From the NCBI GenBank assembly GCA_035583355.1, contig DATEZQ010000011.1, forward strand, positions 19,648 to 83,647: 64,000 bases of DNA, written 5' to 3'. Source of the stretch: Minisyncoccota bacterium (GTDB taxonomy: Bacteria; Patescibacteriota; Minisyncoccia; Phycocordibacterales; UBA6899). Below, one piece after another: positions 1 through 8,630 of the stretch. The translations under genes were made by a program, and so were the position numbers. Each line of letters opens with the position of its first letter. The first letter of the stretch is position 1. The notes beneath the pieces are model-generated. The model saw only the letters and a program-made list of their open reading frames with translations. It ran no database searches and was not told where the DNA came from.

Positions 1-194
1 AGTGAGTACGAATACGGAAATGAAGAATGCGATGACTGTGCGCATGTTGTTCTCCGGGGACAGTGTAGGGGGGAGTTAAGGAACAGATTACATAAGTGAT
101 ACAGTGGAAATAGCGCCCTGTCAATCGTCCTATATAGCCTTTACTTGGGCCCTCTCTTGCCTTTTTGTGGTCATTATGTTAAAGTAGCCACACT

Positions 195-434
195 ATGAAG
201 ACGGATATCCACCCAAAGTACTTCGAGCAGGCAAAGGTAACTTGTGCTTGTGGCGCAGAGTTTACTGTTGGTTCAGCGCAAAAGGAGCTCAACATTGAAA
301 TCTGTTCTCAGTGCCATCCACTTTTCACCGGCCAGGAGAAGGTGATGGATACTGCAGGCCGCATGGAGAAGTTCAAGGCTCGCGTTGCAGCAACTGCAGC
401 GAAGACAGCCGCTAAGAAGGCAACAAAGAAATAA
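195..434 (+). CDS. rpmE: 50S ribosomal protein L31
   Basis: 79 aa. N-terminal MKTDIHPKY...CxC...CSQCHPLFTG Zn-ribbon pattern typical of L31. Lys/Ala-rich C-terminal tail. Confidence 0.85.
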   Translation: MKTDIHPKYFEQAKVTCACGAEFTVGSAQKELNIEICSQCHPLFTGQEKVMDTAGRMEKFKARVAATAAKTAAKKATKK

Positions 435-438
435 AACT

Positions 439-553
439 GCATATTTGGGCGCATCTGGCCCCGCTTCGGCTTGCGACTCGCTCACCGTACCAACGTACGG
501 CTCGCTAGAGTTCGCAACCCTCCAGCGGGACCATCTGCATCCCAAATCTGCAG
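439..553. repeat. Structured intergenic hairpin element, copy 1 (subfamily 1)
   Basis: Begins 5 nt after the rpmE stop. Outer stem atttggg...cccaaat, nested stems tggcccgc/gcgggacca and ttgcgactc/gagttcgcaa, tip hairpin ccgtac-caa-gtacgg. Followed by a T-run (tttttgtttt), so it can serve as the rpmE terminator. Homologous to the other six copies. Confidence 0.6.
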
Positions 554-600
554 TTTTTGTTTTATACTTGTATTGTGCTCACGGCTCATGACTGCTTAAT

Positions 601-1581
601 ATGGACTACGATCTCACAAAATTCAAAGACGACTATCGCACGAAATATCTCGCTGAGGATTTCGAGCGCATGCAAAAAGAACGCGCCGAGCTTGACGCGC
701 TGCTTTCTGATCCTGATATGGCAGAAATGGCCCGAGATGACGCTACTGCGCTTGATGCTGCAATGGCAGAGCAGTACGCTCGCCTCGAGAAGATCTTGAA
801 GGATGCCGAAGAAGAAGAGGAGAAGCCACGCGAGATTGTGCTCGAAGTACGAGCCGGAGTGGGTGGTGAAGAGGCTGCAATCTTTGCGGAGGATCTTGCG
901 CTCATGTACCAGGCATTCGCAAAAGCACGAAGCTGGCGATTTGAAGTTGTCGATGAGAGCCGTGCAGAAATGGGTGGCTACAAGGAGGCGAGCTTCGAAA
1001 TCACGGGAACTGATGCCTTTGATCTACTTCGTTATGAGACTGGTGTTCATCGCGTACAGCGTATCCCTGCAACAGAGAAGCAAGGGCGTGTGCATACATC
1101 AACGGCTTCGGTATCGGTCCTTCCTATTCGCAAGAAGTCGAAGGTGGTCATCAATCCTGCTGATGTGGAAATGCAATTTACCCGTGCAGGTGGTGCGGGT
1201 GGACAGAATGTGAACAAGGTTGAGACCGCAGTGCACCTTTTCCATAAGCCAACAGGTATTCACGTCCACTGTGCCGTGGAGCGTTCACAGCTCAAGAACC
1301 GTGAGAAGGCATTTACCATTCTCGCCGCAAAGGTGGAGCAGCTTGAGGATGAGAAGAACGCTGCGAAGAATGCAGAGATTCGCGCGATGGGGGGAACAGG
1401 CGATCGCTCTGAAAAGATCCGTACGTATAACGTGCTTCAGGATCGTGTGACGGATCACCGTATCAAGGAGTCGTGGCACGGTATTGAAGCCATTCTCGCA
1501 GGTGATATTTCTCGAATCGTTGAGACAGTACGAGACCGCGCACAGGCGGGGACCTTGGGTTCTGGTGATGACGAAGACTAA
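601..1581 (+). CDS. prfA: Peptide chain release factor 1
   Basis: GGQ motif ([19 protein letters not shown]), RF1-type PAT tripeptide ([16 protein letters not shown]), 326 aa. Confidence 0.85.
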   Translation: MDYDLTKFKDDYRTKYLAEDFERMQKERAELDALLSDPDMAEMARDDATALDAAMAEQYARLEKILKDAEEEEEKPREIVLEVRAGVGGEEAAIFAEDLALMYQAFAKARSWRFEVVDESRAEMGGYKEASFEITGTDAFDLLRYETGVHRVQRIPATEKQGRVHTSTASVSVLPIRKKSKVVINPADVEMQFTRAGGAGGQNVNKVETAVHLFHKPTGIHVHCAVERSQLKNREKAFTILAAKVEQLEDEKNAAKNAEIRAMGGTGDRSEKIRTYNVLQDRVTDHRIKESWHGIEAILAGDISRIVETVRDRAQAGTLGSGDDED

Positions 1582-1587
1582 AATGGA

Positions 1588-1706
1588 CGCGCATATTTTG
1601 GCGAATTTACCCCTACTTCGTCGAACGACTCAGTCAATGGGCACGAGCCCATCTCCTTCGAGTTCGTTCGACTCCAGCAGGGGGTAACTGCGCACAAAAT
1701 CTGCGG
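1588..1706. repeat. Structured intergenic hairpin element, copy 2
   Basis: Starts 7 nt after the prfA stop. Same architecture: catattttgg...caaaatctg outer stem, tttacccct/agggggtaa, gtcgaacgactc/gagttcgttcgac. The tip hairpin differs in sequence (atgggc-acga-gcccat) but keeps the stem. Confidence 0.55.
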
Positions 1707-1716
1707 TCCAGGTAAT

Positions 1717-2001
1717 GTGTTAATTTTTCCTTACATGCGAACTAACCATAACGAAATCTTCCATGGCGTGACCCTCCAGATGATTCTGGAGTTCTTGGTT
1801 GCACGCTACGGCTGGGAAGAGCTCGACAAGCGCATGCGTATCAACTGTTTTGCAATCAATCCAAGCATCAAATCGAGCCTTGTATTCCTCCGTCGTACCC
1901 CTTGGGCGCGAGCAAAAGTCGAGGATCTCTATGAAGAGACTGTTGTCATGGATGCACGCGACAAGAAGCAGGGGATCGAGCCTGGAGCAAAGCGATTCTA
2001 G
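1717..2001 (+). CDS. Small conserved protein resembling the DUF2132 / VF530 family
   Basis: HGVTLQMILEFLVARYGWEELDKRMRINCF...PSIKSSLVFLRRTPWARAKVEDLY matches my recollection of the VF530 consensus. The start may be the second ATG at 1735. Confidence 0.5.
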   Translation: MLIFPYMRTNHNEIFHGVTLQMILEFLVARYGWEELDKRMRINCFAINPSIKSSLVFLRRTPWARAKVEDLYEETVVMDARDKKQGIEPGAKRF

Positions 2002-2030
2002 AAAACACCATTCTTGTGGTGTTTTTTTGT
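2002..2030 (+). terminator. Rho-independent terminator
   Basis: aaacaccattcttgtggtgttt hairpin followed by a T7 run. Confidence 0.65.
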
Positions 2031-2167
2031 TGAAAACACAAAACTATACAATGAAATAGGAGAATTTCAATGTTTTTGCAGACTTATTTTGGGCGAAAAA
2101 ATGTTGCAAAACCTCAATAAACGTGTTAGTGTTACTCCATTATTAAGAAAACAATAGAGGAAAGAAT

Positions 2168-2860
2168 ATGTCAGAAAATACCGTAATTGATGCTTTGTTT
2201 AATGCCGGTGCGCACATTGGATATGGGCGCCCTCGCCGCCATGCCTCTGTGCGCTCACAATTGTTTGGCGCAAAGAATGGCGTAGACATCATCGATCTTA
2301 CAAAGACCGCAAAGCAGCTCGAGGCTGCAAGCTCAGCAGTCCGTGAACTCGGAAAGCAGGGCAAGATGGTGCTTTTTGTTGGTGCAAAGAAGGAGATCGC
2401 AGATCTCGTCGTTGATGCCGCAACAGCCGTTACTATGCCTTTTGTTGCAAGCCGCTGGCTTGGAGGTACACTCACGAACTTCATTGAGATTAAGAAGCGT
2501 ATCGCACGCATGAAGAGTCTTACTGAGCAGTTTGCAAAGGGTGATCTTGTACAGAAGTACACAAAGAAGGAGCGTCTTATGCTTGAGCGCGAGCTTACTC
2601 GTCTCAAGGCAGATTTCGGCGGTATCGCCGCACTTGAGCAGCTTCCTGCAGCACTCATCGTCGTTGACGCACGTGCTGAGGAGATCGCAGTAACCGAGGC
2701 AATCAAGCTTCGTATTCCTGTTATCGCACTTGCAAACACAGACAACAACATCTCAAAGATCACGTTCCCTGTGCTCGCAAATGATTCAGCTCGTGAGAGC
2801 GTGAAGTACTTCCTTGATACGGTGGCTACATCGTTGAAAGCCGGCATCGCCCAGAAGTAA
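2168..2860 (+). CDS. rpsB: 30S ribosomal protein S2
   Basis: 230 aa. AGAHIGY...RR motif region and overall S2-like pattern. Immediately upstream of tsf, the conserved rpsB-tsf order. AGAGGAAAG Shine-Dalgarno-like sequence upstream. Confidence 0.8.
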   Translation: MSENTVIDALFNAGAHIGYGRPRRHASVRSQLFGAKNGVDIIDLTKTAKQLEAASSAVRELGKQGKMVLFVGAKKEIADLVVDAATAVTMPFVASRWLGGTLTNFIEIKKRIARMKSLTEQFAKGDLVQKYTKKERLMLERELTRLKADFGGIAALEQLPAALIVVDARAEEIAVTEAIKLRIPVIALANTDNNISKITFPVLANDSARESVKYFLDTVATSLKAGIAQK

Positions 2861-3026
2861 GAACGCCCCTTCGGGGACCAGGCGTTCTTGCCCGTAGATG
2901 TCGCGCCACCGCGCGTCACATCAACTCGAGGAACTGCTTCGCATTTCCTCTTTCGGGTAGCTTTGAACGTCACATTAATTAGATCTTTTGAAGTGACTTT
3001 GTCATTTCTTGATAAAATATATTCCT

Positions 3027-3626
3027 ATGGAAATCAGCATGGACATGGTGAAGCAGTTGCGTGATGAGACGAATGTCGCAATCATGCAGTGCAAGAAGGC
3101 GCTCGAGGATGCGGGCGGTGATATGGAGAAGGCACGTATTGCGCTCCGTAAGAAGTCAGCAGAGATTGCAACGAAGAAGGCAGACCGTACCCTCGGTTCT
3201 GGTGTCGTCGCTGCATACATTCACGGCAATTCAACAGTCGGCGCAATGGTAGAGCTTAACTGTGAGACAGACTTCGTTGCAAAGAACGAGGACTTCAAGC
3301 AGCTTGCTTACGATATCGCGATGCACATCGCAGCTGTCGCTCCAAAGTACCGTGTTGAGGAGGATATCCCAGAGTCTGACCGCGCAAAGGCTATCGAGTT
3401 CTTCAAAGAGGAAGTTGATAAGCAGATGGCGGGAAAGCCAGAGGAGATCAAGCAGAAAGCGCTTGATGGAAAGATCTCAGCATTCTTCGCAGAGCAGGTT
3501 GTCATGAAGCAGCCATACGTCAAGAACCCAGACATTACGATTGCACAACTCATCGAGGGTGCGGTTCAGAAGTTTGGAGAGAAGACGGAGTTGGCACGCT
3601 TCTCACGTTTCGTAGTCGGTAAGTAA
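3027..3626 (+). CDS. tsf: Elongation factor Ts (short form)
   Basis: MEISMDMVKQLRDETNVAIMQCKKALEDAGGDMEKA aligns to the EF-Ts N-terminus (E. coli [27 protein letters not shown]). TDFVAKNEDF motif present. The ORF track's start at 3009 is a TTG; I prefer the ATG at 3027. Confidence 0.85.
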   Translation: MEISMDMVKQLRDETNVAIMQCKKALEDAGGDMEKARIALRKKSAEIATKKADRTLGSGVVAAYIHGNSTVGAMVELNCETDFVAKNEDFKQLAYDIAMHIAAVAPKYRVEEDIPESDRAKAIEFFKEEVDKQMAGKPEEIKQKALDGKISAFFAEQVVMKQPYVKNPDITIAQLIEGAVQKFGEKTELARFSRFVVGK

Positions 3627-3653
3627 TTTCCCAAAGGGAAATTACTTCCGCGG

Positions 3654-4139
3654 ATGTCTCGCTTGTCGAGTCAACATATGATACTTCTTATCACAATTTG
3701 GGGGCTAGCACTGCTTGTTGTGCTTGGCGCACTTGGCGCTGCATTTTTCGGAGTGCAATCGCAGGCAGGGCAACGCTCGCGCGGTATACCTGCAACTTGG
3801 TGGGATATGTACATTTTGACCTACCAAGATTTCATGCGTGCACTTGTAGACCTATGGCACGATTTCATGCCATATGTACATAATGCAACGACGCATGTAC
3901 TCTCACGAGTACTTGCATGGCGTGATCGCACCTATGCGAAGCTCTTCGGGTATCCTGCAGTGCCTCATGGTGGTGTCGTGTCATTTTTCTTGAAGAGAAT
4001 AGTGGAGCATAAAGAAGAGTTTCGTCAGAAGGTCGCTCATCGTAGGGCAGTGTATGAACCCCTCCTCGACAGAAAGCCAAGATCATCGTTTGCTGATATG
4101 CGACCCGATCATAAGGCTGATGAGCATTCGACAAAATAA
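3654..4139 (+). CDS. Hypothetical membrane-anchored protein
   Basis: 161 aa with an N-terminal TM segment (ILLITIWGLALLVVLGALGAAFF). No family recognised. Confidence 0.4.
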   Translation: MSRLSSQHMILLITIWGLALLVVLGALGAAFFGVQSQAGQRSRGIPATWWDMYILTYQDFMRALVDLWHDFMPYVHNATTHVLSRVLAWRDRTYAKLFGYPAVPHGGVVSFFLKRIVEHKEEFRQKVAHRRAVYEPLLDRKPRSSFADMRPDHKADEHSTK

Positions 4140-4188
4140 ACTTTTTCGGTTATATTGTATCGGCATTCAACTGAATGTCGATACCACT

Positions 4189-4264
4189 GCCACCTTAGCT
4201 CAGTTGGTAGAGCAACGGTTTTGTAAACCGTAGGTCGTCAGTTCAAGCCTGACAGGTGGCTCCA
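4189..4264 (+). tRNA. tRNA-Thr (anticodon UGU)
   Basis: Canonical cloverleaf. Acceptor GCCACCT/AGGTGGC, D-stem GCTC/GAGC, anticodon stem ACGGT/ACCGT with loop TTTGTAA (anticodon TGT), T-arm GTCAG-TTCAAGC-CTGAC. Encoded discriminator T plus CCA. Confidence 0.9.
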
Positions 4265-4267
4265 AAA

Positions 4268-4300
4268 ACATAAAACCCCCCAATGCGGGGGTTTTTGTTT
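4268..4300 (+). terminator. Rho-independent terminator after tRNA-Thr
   Basis: aaaacccccc-aatgc-gggggtttt followed by tgtttttgg. Confidence 0.7.
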
Positions 4301-4302
4301 TT

Positions 4303-4323
4303 GGGCCACCTGTCAGGCTTGAA
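4303..4323. repeat. Inverted copy of the tRNA-Thr 3' end
   Basis: gggccacctgtcaggcttgaac is the reverse complement of tRNA positions gttcaagcctgacaggtggc. With the terminator at the centre this makes a ~30-bp-arm inverted repeat. Confidence 0.6.
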
Positions 4324-4324
4324 C

Positions 4325-4498
4325 GCGGAGGGGTCGGGAGGGGACTCCCTCTCCCGCGAAGGAGAGCAGGAATTCCCTTTGTTGCGGCAACAAAAGGAAT
4401 TCCGTCGAGAACCGTGGGTTCTCGAGGAGCAGGGCCGTGCGGGGCCCCTCTGGGGTGCGCGGCATCGCGACGTGAAAGTCCTGCAGCTGTATTAAAAA
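4325..4498. other. GC-rich multi-hairpin island (candidate structured ncRNA or remnant)
   Basis: About 65% GC against ~47% background. Consecutive near-perfect palindromes: gaggg-gact-ccctc; ctctcc-cgcgaa-ggagag; ggaattccctttgttgc/gcaacaaaaggaattcc (15 bp, 1 mismatch); cgagaacc-gt-gggttctcg; ggggcccc. The overlapping ORFs on both strands look spurious. Confidence 0.3.
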
Positions 4499-4527
4499 GC
4501 ACCCCTCCTGGGGTGCTGTATTTTTTT
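4499..4527. terminator. Bidirectional rho-independent terminator
   Basis: gcacccctcctggggtgc hairpin flanked by an A-run on one side and a T-run on the other. It ends the minus-strand gene 4529..5107 and any plus-strand transcript of the GC-rich island. Confidence 0.6.
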
Positions 4528-4528
4528 C

Positions 4529-5107
4529 CTACACCGGTATCGCATCCTTATGCTCCGGCTCGAACTCTACCCATTCTCCATGCTTCTTCACGAGCATCTC
4601 CTTGATTTCCTTTCGGAATTCGAGTCCATGCATCTTGAATGCATCGAGGCACATGAGGCTTGCGACTTCGCTGAACTGGCTGCTCGAGACGTGAAGCAGA
4701 TCGACTGCTTCCTTTATCTCGAATTGCGAAAGTGAGCGGTCGTGGAGCTTTTGCACTGCTGACCGCAGGATGTTGTAGTCCCTGAACCGGCGGGCAACGA
4801 GAATGACCTCATCCTTCGTTGCTTTATCGAGATGTTCTCCGCACATCATGATGAGCCTGAAGAAATCCCTTGCCTGAGCTTGGATGATCCAATTGCTGTT
4901 GAGCTCGGGGAGCATCAAGAAGCAATCCTTGACGAGTTGTTGATAGGCCCAACTTGGGGCTTCCATTTCGTTGAGGCGTTGTACGGTGTGCTTCGCGAGT
5001 GAGAGGGCGTACGGGCTGCTCAGCCCAAGTATTCCCTTGATATCGAAAGCAAGATGCGTCGCGAGTGGCATGAGTCCACTACTGTTTGCGCGAAGAGGGC
5101 TACTCAT
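4529..5107 (-). CDS. Hypothetical protein
   Basis: 192-aa ORF, helical-looking, several His residues. No confident family assignment. An HD-like fold is possible but the motifs are not clear. Confidence 0.45.
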   Translation of the reverse strand: MSSPLRANSSGLMPLATHLAFDIKGILGLSSPYALSLAKHTVQRLNEMEAPSWAYQQLVKDCFLMLPELNSNWIIQAQARDFFRLIMMCGEHLDKATKDEVILVARRFRDYNILRSAVQKLHDRSLSQFEIKEAVDLLHVSSSQFSEVASLMCLDAFKMHGLEFRKEIKEMLVKKHGEWVEFEPEHKDAIPV

Positions 5108-5211
5108 GAGGGCTCCTTATGGTGTGGGGTTGATGAAAGAGCAAGTTGTTTCGGAGAAATACCTTAACACATATTGTGTATTATGGCAATTCAAGAAAGA
5201 CGCTGAAATAA

Positions 5212-5243
5212 AAAAGTAGCGCGAATTTCTCGCGCCACTTATT
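5212..5243 (-). terminator. Rho-independent terminator for gene 5255..5713
   Basis: gcgcgaatttctcgcgc palindrome with a T6 run on the minus strand. Confidence 0.5.
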
Positions 5244-5254
5244 GGTGAAAATTA

Positions 5255-5713
5255 TTAGCGTTTTTTCAGCGGCACAACTGACTTGATGTGTGCTCGTCCG
5301 GAGATTCTCCCAATGACATACACAACTCGAATCTGCTTGCCGGGTGACAAGAAACGAAAGTCGTTGATGTCCGTCGTGAAAGTGAATTCATTTTCCCCCA
5401 TATTGAAAGCAAGGAAGCATTCCTCACTTGAATACATGAAGGGGAAGAATCCAAATTTCTCTGTGCGTTTCTCTCGGTGGGTCACCTTGGACTCAACGTT
5501 CACTTTTGCGCAGAACCATGAGTCGAGTGCCTCGTAGACCCAATTCACGAATGCCGCGACTGCAGCCAGTGCGAGGAAAACGACGCAGAGCATCACTGCG
5601 AGAATGCAGATGGCACCGATGCGGTGGGGGATATCAAGACCCGGGGTGAAGATTTCCTTGATGAGAAACCAGATAAAGCCAAAGAATGCAACGAGGCTGT
5701 TTCCGCTGTCCAT
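5255..5713 (-). CDS. Hypothetical membrane protein
   Basis: 152 aa. Two N-terminal TM helices followed by a soluble ~90-aa domain, an architecture like bacterial PH-domain membrane proteins. Inference only. Confidence 0.45.
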   Translation of the reverse strand: MDSGNSLVAFFGFIWFLIKEIFTPGLDIPHRIGAICILAVMLCVVFLALAAVAAFVNWVYEALDSWFCAKVNVESKVTHREKRTEKFGFFPFMYSSEECFLAFNMGENEFTFTTDINDFRFLSPGKQIRVVYVIGRISGRAHIKSVVPLKKR

Positions 5714-5840
5714 GATGGACTCCTTTTTGGTGGCAATTTGCCAACAAATATAATACCATATAAATTAGTTTTGTCAATGTAAAAATATACAAAAACCCTC
5801 ATTTTACGCATGTTTCTCCGTGTGATATGATGGATTCACT

Positions 5841-6614
5841 ATGTATTCACGAGAGCAAATCGGCCTTGACGCTACGCTCCCTGGGAAGGGGAATGAGCGC
5901 GGGCACATGCATCCAGTATCGATCATGATGCGTGATATCAACAGCATCTTCGGTTCAATGGGTTTTACCATTGCTGATGGTCCAGAAATAGAAACTGAGC
6001 ACTACAACTTCGACACACTGAATATTCCAAAGGATCATCCTGCGCGCGATATGTGGGATACTTTTTGGCTTTCGGATAGTCGCGGACTCGAGCGCTTGCT
6101 CTTACGTACGCATACGTCGCCCGTGCAGATTCGTCACATGGAAAAGCAAGGTGCGCCAATTCGTATTATTGCTCCCGGAAAGGTCTTTCGTTACGAGGCA
6201 ACCGACGCAACACATGAAGCACAATTCCATCAGTTTGAAGGATTGATGATAGGTAAAGAAGTATCGCTTGCAAACCTCAAGGGTATGCTCGAGCTCTTTT
6301 TCGCACGCCTCTTTGGTCGTCCGATGATGGTGCGTTTCCGCCCATCGTACTTTCCATTTACTGAGCCATCAGTGGAGATTGATATCGGTTGGACAGACAG
6401 TAAGGGCAAGGTAGAGAAGTGGATCGAGGTGATGGGTGCAGGCATGGTCCATCCTGAGGTGCTCCGTGCAGGCGGCATCGATCCAAATAAGTACCAAGGC
6501 TTCGCATTTGGTGGCGGTGTCGATCGTTTCGTTATGCTTAAGTGGGGAATCCCTGATATCCGTACGCTCTACAATGGTGATCTCCGCCTCGTTGATCAGT
6601 TCGATACCATCTAA
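5841..6614 (+). CDS. pheS: Phenylalanine--tRNA ligase alpha subunit (N-terminally short form)
   Basis: GHMHPVSIMMRDINSIFGSMGF, FDTLNIPKDHPARDMWDTFW, FRPSYFPFTEPSVEID and GFAFGGGVDRFVMLKWGIPDIRTLYNGDLR class-II aaRS motifs. Only 257 aa. Confidence 0.85.
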   Translation: MYSREQIGLDATLPGKGNERGHMHPVSIMMRDINSIFGSMGFTIADGPEIETEHYNFDTLNIPKDHPARDMWDTFWLSDSRGLERLLLRTHTSPVQIRHMEKQGAPIRIIAPGKVFRYEATDATHEAQFHQFEGLMIGKEVSLANLKGMLELFFARLFGRPMMVRFRPSYFPFTEPSVEIDIGWTDSKGKVEKWIEVMGAGMVHPEVLRAGGIDPNKYQGFAFGGGVDRFVMLKWGIPDIRTLYNGDLRLVDQFDTI

Positions 6615-6625
6615 TTTTTCTTGTT

Positions 6626-8587
6626 ATGATTATCTCTCGAAAATTACTCCAATCCTATTTCGATAAACCACTGCCAAAGGCAGATGTCATCGCGGCGAAA
6701 TTGACCGCGCATAGTTTTGAGATTGAAGGAATGGAAGCAAAAGGTGGTGATACGTTGATCGATGTGAAAGTGCTTCCAAATCGTGCACACGACTGTCTTT
6801 CACATCGTGGTGTTGCACGTGAAGTTTCTGCGGTGCTCGATTTGCCAATGCGTAAAGAGGTAGTTGTGAAACTCCCAAAGGGTAGTGCGAAGGCACCCAA
6901 GATCGATGTACAGATAAGTGATAAGCGCGCATTTCGTTACGCTGCGCTTGTATTGGATAACATTACGGTTGGTCCATCACCAAAGTGGCTCAAGGAGGCG
7001 CTGGAGACACTTGGCGCGCGCTCTATCAACAACGTTGTTGATGCAACAAATTATGTACTCTATATGATGGGGCAACCACTCCATGCTTTCGACTACGCAA
7101 AGCTCGCAGGCGCAAAGATTGTCGTACGCGGTTCAAAGGAGGGTGAGCAGATCACAACCCTTGATGGGAAGCAGCTCATGCTTGATGTGGGGACGCTCGT
7201 CATCGCAGATAAGAACGTTCCACTCGCTATCGCAGGGGTAAAGGGTGGTATGGTGGCAGAGGTGACCAGTGAGACGAAAACTATTGTACTCGAGTCGGCA
7301 AACTTTGATGGAGCAACGGTGCGACGTGCGGCGCAGCGCTATAATTTACGCACTGATGCTGCGAAGCGTTTTGAGCAGGGCATGACGCCACACTTTGTTG
7401 ACGAGGCGCTTGCTATGGTTGCAGGCATTATCATCGATATTGCAGGAGGAAAACAGGTTATTGTCGGTAACCCAGTCATAAAGGGTGCAGCACTCCCAAA
7501 GCAGCGCAGTGTGACGGTTTCACTTCTCCAAATCGAGCGTATCGTCGGTGCAAAATACAATGCAGCAGATGTTGCACGTATTTGGAAGCGACTTGGTTTT
7601 ACTACGAAGGTAAAGGGGAAGGGTACAGAGAGTGTATGGACAATCACTGTCCCACATGAGCGTCTCGACATCACAATGAAGGAAGATCTCGCAGAAGAGG
7701 TCTGTCGTCTCGTAGGTCTTGAGGATCTTATTGGAACACTTCCGCTCGAGCCAATGGTCGCTCCGATGCCAAATCCATTTTGGATACTTCGAGATAAGGC
7801 ACGAGAGGTGATGCTTGCTGCAGGATTCTCAGAAGTATACACCTATTCATTCAATAATCTTGGTGAAGTAGAGTTGCGTAATCCGATGGCTTCTGATCGC
7901 AAGACCCTCCGTAATAATTTGTCGCATGGTCTCCGCGAGGCACTTACCGAAAACCTCAAATATCGTGAAGCGGTGCGTATTTTCGAGTTCGGCTCCGTCT
8001 TTGGCAAGAATGCTGGTAAAGTAGCCGAGAATCGCTCATTTGCGGCCGCTATAGGCTTCCAGAAGCGCAAGCAGGGCCAGGTAAAGGATGACTTCGTACA
8101 ACTTAAGGGTCTGCTCGACGCAGTGGCACAGGCCTGTGGATTCTCCGGATTTCGTTATGTTGAAGCGGGTGGAGATGTTGCTGCAGAAATCTATGTCGGG
8201 AAGACACTTGTCGGCGTATTCCATGTACAAGGCTTTGAACTTGATTTCGATATGCTCGTTGAGCTCGCAGGTAAGGAGAAGCAGATGCGCTACCGTGCAC
8301 CAAGCAAGTTCCCATCAATGATCCGTGATGTCGCGCTCTGGGTACCCCAAGAGGTACGTGCAGGGGATATCGATGCAATCATCCGCGGTGCGATGGGTCC
8401 ACTCGTTACGAACGTTGCACTCTTCGATGTCTTCGAAAAACCCGAAGAGAAGAAAAAGAGTTTTGCATTTCGCATGACACTGCAAAGTGATGAGCGTACG
8501 CTCTCTGATGAAGAGGCGAACGTCGTCGCCGAGAAGGTGGTCGCAGCACTTCGTGCTGCGGATGCGCGCTTCGATGTCCGCTCATAG
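6626..8587 (+). CDS. pheT: Phenylalanine--tRNA ligase beta subunit (lacks N-terminal tRNA-binding domain)
   Basis: 653 aa. B3/B4 and B5-like regions. C-terminal ferredoxin-fold anticodon-binding region (FDVFEKPEEKKKSFAFRMTLQSDERTLSDEE). Immediately downstream of pheS. Confidence 0.85.
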   Translation: MIISRKLLQSYFDKPLPKADVIAAKLTAHSFEIEGMEAKGGDTLIDVKVLPNRAHDCLSHRGVAREVSAVLDLPMRKEVVVKLPKGSAKAPKIDVQISDKRAFRYAALVLDNITVGPSPKWLKEALETLGARSINNVVDATNYVLYMMGQPLHAFDYAKLAGAKIVVRGSKEGEQITTLDGKQLMLDVGTLVIADKNVPLAIAGVKGGMVAEVTSETKTIVLESANFDGATVRRAAQRYNLRTDAAKRFEQGMTPHFVDEALAMVAGIIIDIAGGKQVIVGNPVIKGAALPKQRSVTVSLLQIERIVGAKYNAADVARIWKRLGFTTKVKGKGTESVWTITVPHERLDITMKEDLAEEVCRLVGLEDLIGTLPLEPMVAPMPNPFWILRDKAREVMLAAGFSEVYTYSFNNLGEVELRNPMASDRKTLRNNLSHGLREALTENLKYREAVRIFEFGSVFGKNAGKVAENRSFAAAIGFQKRKQGQVKDDFVQLKGLLDAVAQACGFSGFRYVEAGGDVAAEIYVGKTLVGVFHVQGFELDFDMLVELAGKEKQMRYRAPSKFPSMIRDVALWVPQEVRAGDIDAIIRGAMGPLVTNVALFDVFEKPEEKKKSFAFRMTLQSDERTLSDEEANVVAEKVVAALRAADARFDVRS

Positions 8588-8594
8588 TAATGAT

Positions 8595-8624
8595 AAAAAC
8601 CAGCTCGCTTGAGCTGGTTTTTTG
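8595..8624. terminator. Bidirectional rho-independent terminator
   Basis: aaaaaccagctc-gctt-gagctggtttttt. Sits between convergent genes pheT (+) and 8631..9005 (-). Confidence 0.7.
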
Positions 8625-8630
8625 TCGATG

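Noticed and set aside
2143-2973. 276-aa minus-strand ORF overlapping rpsB
   Set aside because: It is antisense to a well-supported ribosomal protein S2 gene. Its Ala/Ser/Arg-rich low-complexity translation is typical of a shadow ORF.
4455-4475. GTGAAAGTCCTG resembling the RNase P RNA P4 motif GAAAGUCCGG
   Set aside because: It is a 9/10 match only, at the wrong position relative to a ~350-nt RNase P RNA. The available 200 bp cannot accommodate the P1-P4 and P10-P12 architecture, and no complementary P4 3' strand (ACAGAAnCCCGGCUUA-like) is present.
4200-4502. ORFs 4200..4502 (-) and 4283..4495 (+) in the GC-rich hairpin island
   Set aside because: One overlaps the tRNA-Thr gene. Both are composed of Gly/Arg/Pro runs generated by palindromic GC-rich DNA. 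The region is better explained as structured non-coding sequence.
5731-5743. TGGCAA-T-TTGCCA interrupted palindrome in the divergent promoter region upstream of pheS as an operator
   Set aside because: A single 6-bp-arm palindrome occurs by chance at appreciable frequency. There is no second copy or associated regulator gene, so it is noted but not reported as a feature.
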